From Amoebophrya sp. A120 (lineage: Eukaryota > Protista > Dinoflagellata): 64,000 bases of DNA. Positions 36,614 to 47,823 of the stretch are shown here, in pieces (position 1 is the first letter of the stretch; each line of letters begins with the position of its first letter). The notes below the pieces were generated by a model. It was given only the letters and a program-made list of their open reading frames with translations, made no database searches and was not told where the DNA came from. The DNA lies in NCBI GenBank assembly GCA_905178155.1, contig CAJINV010000010.1, positions 1,308,451 to 1,372,450 of the forward strand, written 5' to 3'. Position numbers and translations under genes: made by a program.

Positions 36614-39600
36614 ATGATGGAAAGAGAACGAATTTTTACGCGAAAAGCGCTGACCGGCCTCTTCCTCCTCCGGTTTCTTGCGGTCCACGAAATAGTTTCT
36701 CCCAGTGCAGCTACGGCAGCTGCCTCGGCAAGTGGAAAGAAAACAACCACTGATGAAGAGACTGGCGGAACAAGTAGAACCAAACGGAAATGGGACGAAG
36801 AAGCTGAAGTAGATCCACCTTACGCAGCAAGAACTTCAACTTCTGACGAGCAGCATCATTATCATACCGAATTCCAATTTTTACCAACTATCTCTAGTGC
36901 AGCGGCTCCTGCGGTGGGGGAACCCGCACCGGCACCATGGTTTTTTGATCAGCCTGATTATCGCGGCCGGTTAGGTAGCTGTAACAACTTCCACTACGTC
37001 GAAAAAGGAGCGACTGATTTTTTGCAGCAAGAAGCCCCTGCGCAGTTCCTGCAAGCCGAGCAACCGCCCCAGCGTGGAAGACCCTCATCTGATGTCTCGA
37101 CGACATTTTTGTACCAAAGAACACGACCAGTGCAGCAGCTGGAGCTGCCCAGCAGCAGTAGCTCAAGCTCTAGCTGCGCTCTCTCGACGACGCGAATAAA
37201 GGAAGATCCACCGCGGCCAGCATCTCACCTTCATCATCCTTATTTGAGCCGTGGACAACATAATTCCACTTCTACGGGGGGGACGAGGTCCTTGTCGGGG
37301 ACGACATCGACGTCGTCCCCCGGGACCACCATGAGCTTCCTAGCTGGAGGTTTTGAACAAAGCACGTTAGGCATGGGTCCCAGCGTTGAAGTTGTTCATG
37401 ATCTACAGTGCGATTTAGACTCTGACACCAAGAGAAACTACCGAGATCATATATTACTGCTGCCAGCGACATCAACTACGGAAGCTTCGTCCACGAGGCC
37501 GGGCGGAGAAGGAGAAGTTTCGGAGACAGTAGGAGGATATTCTAGCGGGAGTGGTAGTTTAGCTACTCTGCTGCATAATCAGGGGATCTACAACATTCTT
37601 GGTGGTGAAAATAATGCGAGGCAGATGAACACGACGACTTTGCGCGGCGAACATCACGGTGTAAAACGATCCGCACTTGTTCTGAAGAGTTGCATTCGTA
37701 AAAATCGTAGCTCCGGCGCTCGAAGCTCCGTTGACTGCATTGGCGGCGAAACTTCGCTCGCTGCGACACCCTTGAAGATGTCGACGTCCCAGCACAAGGA
37801 AGTGGTAGGCGAAGAAGTAGATGACTTATCTACTGCAGGAACAAGAATGCGAGTAAGAACTACTGACCCGCACCACGACCACGAGCAGAGCCGCGCTGAC
37901 CTAGGGTCAAAAGTACTCAAAATCGCTGGGATTTTTTTTGAATTAAAAAATTTTTTTTCCAATGATTCCATACCCGGAGCAGTGGCCGTCCGAGGAAGTT
38001 GAGAGCCGACGGTGGGGAGTGCAGTGGCATATGGTTTAGAGCGGGGGCGAATTCGTCTTGAAGAGTGGGTTTGGGGCTACTGCCTCGCAGCCGGCGCAAA
38101 GAAACTGTAACAGGAGAAAAGCCGGCACACTGTTCAGGGCTTGAGCCTGGCCACTACAAAACAACACCAGCCTCGCCGGGCGAAGCCGCTGGGCCTGGCC
38201 TGAAACGGCCCGGAGTTTGGCTACTGTCTGCGCTGCGGCGTGTTTCCAGGCCGCGCCATACTACAAGGCGCGCCAGTGGAGTTTTTGTGTCAGATCTCTC
38301 TGCTGCGCGTCTGCATGAAAAGAACGTTGCGACGGTGCCACACGACAGGGCCGCCGGCTTTCGTCCGCGCCAGCCCTCACTCGCGGTCCCAGTTTGGGAC
38401 TGGCGCAGCGAAATTGCCTGTACTCCGCGGGGGGGCAAGAGCTGTTTTTCGTGTGTTGTAGATTGTTCCTTTTTTTTGTTCCGTCTGGGTCTACTACTTC
38501 GCCGCCCGATGGTATACCCGACGCGGGCTTGCAAATCTCCGCTGACGCCGGATTGCAAATCTTCGCTGTCCGAGTTCTCATCTCCGCGCCGATCCCCTGT
38601 TCGGATCCCCGGTTCTGATCCATTTTCTATTTGAAATTGGATCAGAACAGGGGATCAGAACAGGGGATCAAAACAAGGGATCAGAACAGGGGATCAGAAC
38701 AGGGGATCAGAACAGGGGACCCGAACAGGGGATCCGGAACCGGCTTGGGAAACGGACATCAAAATAGCACATTTGTGTCGCGGTTTCGGATTTGGTTTTT
38801 TTGCAGCTTGCTGGCCAGCCGCGGTGCCTGGCCTGGCTGATTCTGGCCCGGGGGCCTTCTGCTCGGGCTTCTCGTGTTTTGGAAATTGTCAGCAATCTGC
38901 CATAGCAATAGCGGCGAATCTGGTCGCAGGGGTCATGTTGCTGAAACATGTGCGCCAGTGCCGGCACGCTTTACATACGGGCGCTGCGGCAGCTCGCCGC
39001 CGACCGCATGCGGCGGCTTTTTCCAAAAGGCGTTTGCGGACTTGCGTCGGGCTTGATGCTTTTGAATATGAGTGAAGAGAAGTTGCGTGAAGAGCTTTGC
39101 ATTGCATAGGACAGGGTGGGAGGGTGGTTTGTGTGTGATGATCAGAGCTGACACATGTTGGCAACTAGGCCTCACCCAAGTGCTTTCTTGCTCTTCGTCC
39201 GAGAGCGAAGACGAGCACAAACTCCGCCGGGCATTCTCATGGCTCGGCGCTAACCCTCCGCTTCAGCCACCGAGCAATCTTTCTTTCCGTCTCGGCGCGC
39301 TTGCCGCCTCAAAAAAATTTCAAAAATAAAAAAATCCCAGCGTTTTTGAACGTTTTTGAACACTGGTCATGCGCTAGGGGCCTGCCCAACTTGAGAACTA
39401 CTGACCCGCGCCACGACCACGAGCAGAGCCGCGCTGGCTCGCCATCAAGTAGCCAAGAGAACTATAGTACTTGCAGCAACTAGAGCCAAACCTGGAACCG
39501 AACAAGGCTCAAAGAAGGCTACTTGCTTTATTTCTGAAATCTGCATGCTACTGTGGTGCAGACTAGGCTCAAACCTGGGCCAAGAAGGATCAAATCTCTA

Positions 39601-41728
39601 GAGATGACCTTTTTTTTCCTAATTTTCCTTGGTGAATCACCACGCTCCTGCGAAAAAAGATTGATAACGATTAGGGCGAACGCCTCTAGAGCTCAAAAAC
39701 CTGTAGAGCTCAATCGCTAGAGCTGAATCTCTACAGCTGTTTGGTGATGTTCTAGAGCCTAAGCTCTACAGCTTCCGCCTATAGCGAGCACCTACAGCTC
39801 GACAGCCAAAAGGCTTTTTTATCGTTTCTCACACTAATCAGCTGCAGCTACCCGGCCGGTCTGTTCCTGTTGCCCCTGGTGCTTGCCTAGGAAGCCCAAC
39901 ACCGGGAGCACAGAAGCAACGAACCAAACGCGGTGGGGCTGGGGCTAATTCATCAGAAACAACCAGCCGCATGGCTGTTGCCTCCATGCTGTGAGGCGTG
40001 GCCGCCGGTGCCGAGAGTAAAACTCAAAAACATAAACAGCACTGGCAGGCGTGCCTCTTACTTAGATTTGTTGGGAGGCAACCACCAGCAGCTGCGTGGT
40101 CCTGCTGCTTGCTACAGGGTATCGGGCCAAGTAGCCTCGCCGAAGGGCAGCCCGGATGGAAAAGCATGCACACAACAAGCCCAAGACCATACGCAAGAGA
40201 AACTTTCGGCGCACAGCGGCAGGCTGATGCGAAGGCAACAGATGTGAGCCGCCGCAGAGGTTACGTCCGTGCAGCGGCGCAGGTGCCTTCGGCAGGTTGT
40301 AGCGTTTTCTTTCCACGCCGGGCGGCCACCTGCTACGACGAGTACCAACGCGACGGCCAGGAGCCGCACCTAAAAACAAAAACGCACTTGCGGGCCGCAA
40401 AGGCTCGCTGGCGTTCTCGCCCTAGCTGCCTGCGCTTGCTGGGTAGCTGAAGTAGAAGGAGGGGAGGCCGCCCGGCGCGGGTCTGCTTTCCATTTCCTAG
40501 AAGGCAGACGGCACAACTACGGTGAGGCGCACCAAGCGGAAGCGCGTGCCCTTATCGACCTCTACCATACCTGACCCGGCTTTTGGCACTACAGAGGCCG
40601 GACGGATCTGGCGCGCTAGGCGTTGGGCTGCAGTTGGTGGGCCGGTCGCTCTGCTGGCCGCCTTTTCTTATTCATTTTATGTTCCTGGCTACGCGTGCTC
40701 TTCCTTTTTGTTTTTGTACTTTGTTGCCATCAAGCTGTTTGCCATCATCGCGCGGCGTTAGTGCGTCGGCTGCCCTTCCGGGAACAGTCAGCCCCAAAGA
40801 AAGCACGCTCCAGCTCTTCGGCCAAGCCTCTTCGAACTGTTTCTAGTTGCTGCAGTAGCAGTACTGCTTTTCTATTGTTATGCGCAGATCCCCGCACCAC
40901 GACCACGAGCAGAGCCGCGCTGGCTCGCCATCAAGTACTGCTTCTACTTGTGCCTCTAGAAGGTCCTCTTCCTCACCACGAGAAAAAAAGGTGAGGTTCA
41001 ACGTAGAAGAAGAAGTACAGGATCACCTTCCCGCCGAAGCAGATGAATCACAAACTTGTGCTGCCGGAGCTCCTGCAACAGTTGCGAAAATTAACAGCTG
41101 CGGAAGTAGAACTTTTCCATCCTACGTAGTTTCGTCTTCCTCTTCTTCTGCTTCTAGCAGTTGGGCTGGCGTACTGGCAGGTAGTGGAAGTGAACAAGGT
41201 AGTACTAGTGGAACAGGTGGAGAGAATGAGAACAACCAAGAAACAACCATGTCGCTGTCGAGGATGCAACAAGCATCGCCAACATCATCCGTGTCGTTTC
41301 TTTCTTCGTCCAGAAGTAGTACTACTAAGACCAATACTTCTTCTACTCCTGCTGCTTTTTCCTATTCTGGTTTCCCGCTAAGTTGTCCAGACGTCGATCA
41401 TGCGCGGATCGTTCAAGAAGAAAGCAACCAACGCCTCCTTCTGGCTTCTTTGCAGGATATCACCGTGAAAAATCCAGCTTATGTGAGACCGGAAAAGACC
41501 ATGGCGGAGCGACGCAGGAAGGCGGAGGAAACAGCGGAACAGGAGAAAAAACGGAACGCGATGCTGCAGCAACTCCAGCAGCAGGAATCAGAGGCACAGG
41601 AACACCAATCGTCCCATCCGGTTCTGTCGCCGATGGGAATGCTTCTGCATCCCATGATTGAGATGAAAGATCAGGACCTTTTTTTGAAAGCTGCGCTGGA
41701 AATGGACGGACCAATGCATGGTGCGTGA
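36614..41728 (+). CDS. Orphan Ser/Thr-rich protein with hydrophobic N-terminus, interrupted by a ~3-kb double insertion (possibly a pseudogene)
   Basis: ORFs 36614-38002 and 40880-41728 both encode PHHDHEQSRA; removing 37899-40922 joins them in frame. Confidence 0.55.
37899..39393. mobile_element. Non-coding 1.5-kb insert with subterminal inverted repeats, flanked by a 43-bp direct repeat
   Basis: IR CGCTGGGATTTTTTT (~37924) / AAAAAAATCCCAGCG (~39328); direct repeat at 37856-37898 and 39394-39436. Confidence 0.7.
38590..38740. repeat. ~14-bp GATCAGAACAGGGG tandem array with inverted copies to its left
   Basis: About 7 copies at 38639-38735; reverse-complement copies at ~38591-38621. Confidence 0.85.
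39452..40890. mobile_element. Non-coding 1.4-kb insert flanked by a 47-bp direct repeat
   Basis: 13-bp IR TGCAGCAACTAGA at 39472-39484 and 40842-40854; direct repeat at 39405-39451 and 40891-40937. Confidence 0.65.
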
Positions 41729-42659
41729 TACTATTTTTTCAGGAACAAGAACGAGCCGCGCAGGAGATGGTGACCACACATCAGATAGTACTACATCGTC
41801 TGGAGGCAGTGGAAGTGCCAGTTGCTGTTGCAGCTACATTGTGATAATTTTCGGAGTTACAGGAGGGTGAGGTTCTCGTATCCATTGAAGATTATAATCT
41901 AAAAAGTCAATGAGTTTATTGGGAGGACTCATCAAGAAGAAGAACTGAAGATAGACCGATGGACAGCATTGCTGTCAGTTTGCAGGACTATCCATCGTGG
42001 TTGATAGAAATAAAAGAAAGCTCCCGGCTTCCAGAATGGATTTAATAAGAAAGGATTTCATATTTTCAATTTCAATGACATTGACATGTAAAGCACGACC
42101 ACGACGAACATCACCTCCAATACACCGTAAAAAAAAAAAAAAATGCTAGTCGTCTACTACGTACGATGGAGCTCCTGACGGAAGTGTTGTCATTTTTGTA
42201 ATGTGTTGTTTGGTCATCCTCCAGTTCCAGTTGTCTCGCAGTTCCTCCTTTCCTATTTCGATCATTCCGCACGTAGATCACGAGGCAAACTAAACAGCGA
42301 AAAAAGTTGTATCATCTACTTCGGTCAAATCTAGGGCTTGCTGCATTTTTTTATTTGTGGTACTTACATGACAGATGTTGAGATCAGAACAATTACAATA
42401 GTCTTGTACCAACTATAGATTGTTGACAAACTGAACCGTGCGAAAGAGGACGAAGCGGAGGATCTAGGAAGTAGATTCAAACTACGTCAAGTAGACAACA
42501 CCATCGCAGTATGATGGACGTGCTGCCAAAAGATCCATACTAAACCACTTACATACCATTTTTTTTTTTCTGAAGAAGAAGGGACATTTTGCTGGGAAGA
42601 TGAAGATGAAGATGGAGCTAGACTTCTACCGACCAGCTGCATGGCCGACGACCTTATAA

Positions 42660-43627
42660 TTACAGCACTTTATAGGTTAGGGGCTAGGGACCTTTAGGGA
42701 CCCTTAGGGGCTTAGGGACCTGAGGTCCAGAAAGCAGCCTAAAACGAACTCTAAAACGCATGGTATGCTCGCAAAATGGCCGACCATTTTACCCCCCCCC
42801 CCATTTGGGCCCCCCCAGAGTGCTTCGGCGGCTTCGGGGCTTCGGGGTCCCTTGCCGTCACTTGCCAACAAGTGTGGGCTCTTGATGGTCGAATATAGTT
42901 CGTTAGCCGATAGCGGATGCCACGGACGAGTGGCATCTAGGGGGCCAAAAATTCCCGCATGCGTGTCCTCCACGCGGGCGGCCCCTGGGGCGCTGCTGTC
43001 GTTATCCATCAGGGAAAGTTGAAGCGGGCACTTCGATTTTCCCTCGATGAGGGAAAGTTGAAATGGCCAACTCAAATTTTCTTCGATGAGGGAAAGTTGA
43101 ACTTCAATTTTCCTTCGATGATGGAAAGTTGAAGTGCCCATTTCAAATTTCCTTCGGTCATGGAAAGTTGAAGCGGCCACTTCGAATTTCCTTCGATGAG
43201 GGAAAGTTGCAGCGGCCATTTCAAATTTCCTTCGATGGGGGAAGGTTGAAGCGGTCGCGTCGATTTTCCTTCGATGAGGGAAATGCGAAGTGGCCACTTC
43301 AAATTTCCTTCGAAGAGGGACATTTGAAGTGGCCATCTTAAATTTCCTTGCTTCGATGAGGGAAAGTTGAAATGGCAACTGCGAACTTCCTTTGATGAGG
43401 GAGCGTTGAAGTTAGTGGGCACTTCGATTTTCCTTCGATGGGGGAAAGTTGAAGGGGCCATTTCAAATTTCCTTCGATGGGGGAAAGTTGAAGTGGCCGC
43501 TTCAAATGTCCTTCGATGTGCGGGCGCGCGGTGCTCGTTTGCCTTCGAATCGATGCAACGCCATTGACTGCGTATGAAGTGAGTGAATGCGCGCGCGCAG
43601 CGCGCGCGCGAAATTTTTTTTGGTTCT
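42660..43627. mobile_element. ~1-kb insert with a telomere-like left end and a 39-bp satellite, lying between direct repeats
   Basis: Direct repeat ATGAAGATGGAGCTAGACTTCTACCGACCAGCTGCAT at 42606 and 43628. Confidence 0.55.
43007..43518. repeat. 39-bp palindromic minisatellite, about 13 copies
   Basis: Unit CGATGAGGGAAAGTTGAAGTGGCCACTTCAAATTTCCTT; appears as a 13-aa repeat in ORF 42704-43378. Confidence 0.9.
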
Positions 43628-43664
43628 ATGAAGATGGAGCTAGACTTCTACCGACCAGCTGCAT

Positions 43665-44937
43665 TTACGGTAGCGAAAACTGTCCCCACTACCCCGGTTT
43701 TCCCCAAATCAAAATTTTTTTTTTGAAGTGATGGAATAGCGTTGCCGCCGGCTCCACAACCTAGCCGGTCGGTGTCCGCCATTGGCTCTCCTTCGCAGAT
43801 GGCCTCTGTGGCTGCTATGTAAGCAGAGAAGCTAGCAGGACAACGACGTGGCCAAGGCACTGCACAACCGAACAGGGCGCCAAGATGTGTCAAGGTGTGT
43901 AGCTGCTTCGGTGCTGGCTGCGTGTGGGCTACTGCAACGCGGGACCGCCCCGGTGGCCTTGTTTGTGTGGTCGCGGGCGCGGCGCTGGGGAAGAATGCGT
44001 TGCGCAGTTCCCCCGGACGAAGCGCCCGGACTCTGTTAACGACAATTGAAGAGACCGGGCGCCCAGTCTCCGTTGAAGAGCCCACCGGGGCGCGGCGCTG
44101 CCCTCGGGGGCTGGGCGCCTGGAAGCCCCGCGCGGGCCCGCCCGCGGCCTCGCCCGGCCATGACCCTGGCGAAGGCCCAAATGCCCGCCGGGCCGCGAAG
44201 GCCGCGCCCAGGTTCTGGGACGTCGGCCTCTCCGTTTCCCTGGAGGTCGTGCATGCGTACCTTTTCGGGGGGCTTTCCGGTGCTCGTTTTGATGGCCGAA
44301 AGCCCGTATACAGGTGCTTAGGACCGAAATCCCCAGCATACGTTTTTTTTCTTGCCAGCGTGTGCGAGCATGTACCCAGGGAAACGGTTCCGGCAAGTCC
44401 AAGCTGGAGAAGACAGGCCTTGTCAAATAAGGGGCTTCGGATCCAGCCTGGGCGGCGGGAGCCTGGGCGGACCCTGGTCCTTTTCCTCAAAAACCGGGCC
44501 CGCCCCCTGGCCGCCCTCGGGGCGGCAAAGTGGTTAGGCTTTAGGACTCCGGGCGCAGCGGGTCCTGCGCGACAGAGCTGCTGGCGTATGCGCGCCCCTT
44601 GTTACGCGCAGCGCCAATCTTAGAGAGGCGCAAGGGGGTCCGCCGCGGAGAAAGTCGGCGAGTTGCTCTGCCATGAAGGGTAGGCAGGCAGCTGCGCCCG
44701 GAGTCCGGATCGCAGTGGCCTGTCCTGCGTTGCGCGCATATTTGCCGAGGGGCCGCGAGCGTAATCATGGCGCGCCGTTAGCTAGATAATATCTTTCGTT
44801 ACATTAAGCAGCACACCGAGGGGGGCGGGCGTCTCGGTCTGGCCGTTCGCGGCGTAGGCCGCCAACGCAGGGCCCACCCTGCTCACAGTTGAATCGAAAA
44901 AAAAATTTTGCTTTTGGGGAAAACCGGGGTATATGGG
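43665..44937. mobile_element. GC-rich non-autonomous TIR element between 37-bp direct repeats
   Basis: TIR TACCCCGGTTTTCCCCAAA(T)CAAAATTTTT at ~43690 and inverted at ~44897-44931; direct repeat at 43628-43664 and 44939-44975. Confidence 0.75.
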
Positions 44938-47823
44938 GATGAAGATGGAGCTAGACTTCTACCGACCAGCTGCATGGCCGACGAGCTCATAAGCCAGTAG
45001 CAGCATTGCAGCGAGCGTGGGCGTATTTTTCGCAACGGATGAAGATCTCAGAATCAGATTAGCATTAGTGCCGCGTGGGGAACAAGACAGTTCGGATCAT
45101 GTTATCGTCCAGATTTTTGCGTCGATTTTTGATATCTTCGCGACACTTTTCACATTTGTACTAGATGTGCAAAATGTCGCAGAAAACGAGCAGCGCGGGT
45201 CGGAAGAGCAGAAAACTGATCTCATTATTCATTTGCAGCGCTAGGCTACAGCGCAGTAGCGAAATGTAAAAAGCAAAAAACGGGCTGGCAGCTGGTGGAT
45301 CCGTTCAACGCGCTATTTTTCTATTTGCTTGTAGTTGAGCTATGTGGTCTACCGCTTCTTCATCGACCACGACGAGGATCCTACTACATTTATTCCAGAT
45401 AGAATTTTGCGGGAAGCGAAATTTCATCGTTGTGACACAACAAAACCTGATTGACAGAGACGCTGCCCGTGAGCAGGTTCTTCTGAATAAAGTAGGACCG
45501 CGGCATTGGACAAGAAAGGCAATATTCAGAAACTGAAAGAATATAGTGTAGTAGAAAACTGACTCTCACAATTTCAACATCGGACACAGACCCTGTCTGA
45601 CTAAGAGATAGAACAATTCATCCACTACTTTTGATAGGGGTGATTGCTACGATGAGCGTACGGATACTTCACGCAGGAGTCTTATGTATAGAAAAATACG
45701 TAAATAAGAACCAGAATTATAGACAAGAGCACAAAGTCTATACAAAGCTACGATAACAACGGTAGTCGTAGTGAAGTATGACCCTTTGTCAGCATTGAAC
45801 TTGACCTCACGTCAGAAAGTCGTGGAATGTAAAGGATAGATATGAGGCCAGTTCGGATAGTCTAGGCTTTCATCAATGAAAATTTGTCGTGATAATTTTC
45901 AGCAAACGCACAAGAAGCAAAAGCCGAAGTAAGTAATCCAGGGTGAACGGCGATAAAAAAAGGTAGAAGGGCTTCTGGCGCTAGTCGTGTTTACCACGTA
46001 AGCACATATTGTAAAAAAGCCCAAGTAGTCCTCCTCTACCCGCGAGTAGCCTGTTGGACGACTGTATTTCGGTCTAGCTCTTTGTCTTTCCTCGATTTCT
46101 TGGACGACTTATTTTTAAGATGGTAAAACGAAAAACGGACCACAAAGAAGACAATTTTTGTTTTTCGAAAGCGGACTAGATACCAAGTTTGTGGTAGTAG
46201 CTTGAGAAGCATCAATCTTTACACTTTTTCTTGAGCAGGAATGATGATGACAGCTCAGATGATGTGCTGGTGACTTTTTCTGAGTAGCAACATTTATTTC
46301 CTTTGTTTAGCGGTTGTAAGTAGATAGACTTTCATTATGGTTTTGTGACGACGTAGATATTCAAAAAAGCGGACGACGACGAGACCTGAATGCCTTATAC
46401 GACATCTTTCACACATCATAGTCATACTTTACAACGACACGCTGCTACGCAGCTGCCTGGCAGAGCGCAGCTTCAATAGAGAGCGGCAAAAAATTCTCAC
46501 CAGGTGGAGGTCACCGCAATACCTATTGCCAGAGCTAGACGACCAGCGCTGCCTTCCTCAAGTTGTGAAGGTGGGCGCGAGCAGCTAGTTGTCGTGGTAG
46601 AAGTACTACTATAACGGTTTCTATTATTGGAAAAGCAGGTGCGCGCGCGGGTGCGCTAGCTGTACGAAATCCAAAACTAGCGAGAAATATATCGAAGCGT
46701 TTTATTCAGCACATTCTCGTACATACCTACCACTGAGAACACTTTGACGTGCTGGCATAGCTGCACGATAACAGACCACACGGACCACGCGACCTGTATG
46801 TTTACAAGTCCTGCTTTGCGGCCGAAGATCAAGATTTAAAAAAAAAGAACGATGTAAAAAACGAAGACCTAACAACAGCGAGAACCTGCTTCGAACCAAG
46901 GTAAGTAACAAGATTCGAAATTTATCGTTTCTAGTTCTAGGCGGCAGATGAAGCGGCCGAGTTTTATTTTAGCCATTCAACATCAACATTCATAGTACAC
47001 ACCGACACTCAACATTCATAGTACACACCTACAATTCGACACTCACAACTCGCTTGTTCTGGGCAGCAGAGTCTATCTGTCGTGTCAAACAAGATCTAGA
47101 GGATCTGTTCTTCGCGGCAGATATTGACTTTGCGTGCTAAGGCAAAGCAATAGTACCATTCATATTTTAATACCCAACACAACCCGACCCAACCCAACCC
47201 CAAGAGGCACGCAGCCCACCTCGCCCAAGTAGTAGGTACCTCAATTTTTCAAAACTACCCGATACAACTACGCGTACGCATTGATTCTTTGACTATCACA
47301 AGCTGTTTCTAAATTCATATATACTTTTTTTTTTCTACTTTCACACACCAAAACCGCTCCGGCTGATTACTATTTAATTATCTGCGCTTTAAGAAAGCAC
47401 CCTTCAACATCAAGGGCCTTTTCCTTTATCTTCATCTTTGTTTCGCCTTTGATCAAACACCAGCCGCAAAGGCAGCAGACCTTGGCATTCGGTCAACATT
47501 GTTTTTATTTTCGAAAATTTCTTCTAACAAATTTCATTTTTTTTTTCGACCTGATTTTTAAGGATCCACTTTTTTTTTCAACCAAGTAGAGCGTTGGCTG
47601 TACCACGTTCGAAAATTGTGTATGATCCAGCCCTTCTTGATGATGATCTAGATTTTGCCTGTCTTCTCGACTGTTTCGATTATTATCTTTGAATAACCTG
47701 TCAAGGCTGTAGTACTCATCCAATACCAAAAATTTTCAATATAGGTAACCCGTTCTCTCCGAAAAAATACGGATACGGGGTGGAAGGTTCTTGTTTCCAG
47801 TTTCGCTGTACGAATTTGTGTTC

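Noticed and set aside
43007-43518. CRISPR array (palindromic ~39-bp repeats)
   Set aside because: Units are head-to-tail with no unique spacers, there are no cas genes, and the context is eukaryotic.
46984-47029. 20-bp local duplication CAACATTCATAGTACACACC
   Set aside because: Looks like ordinary slippage in intergenic DNA with no associated structure.
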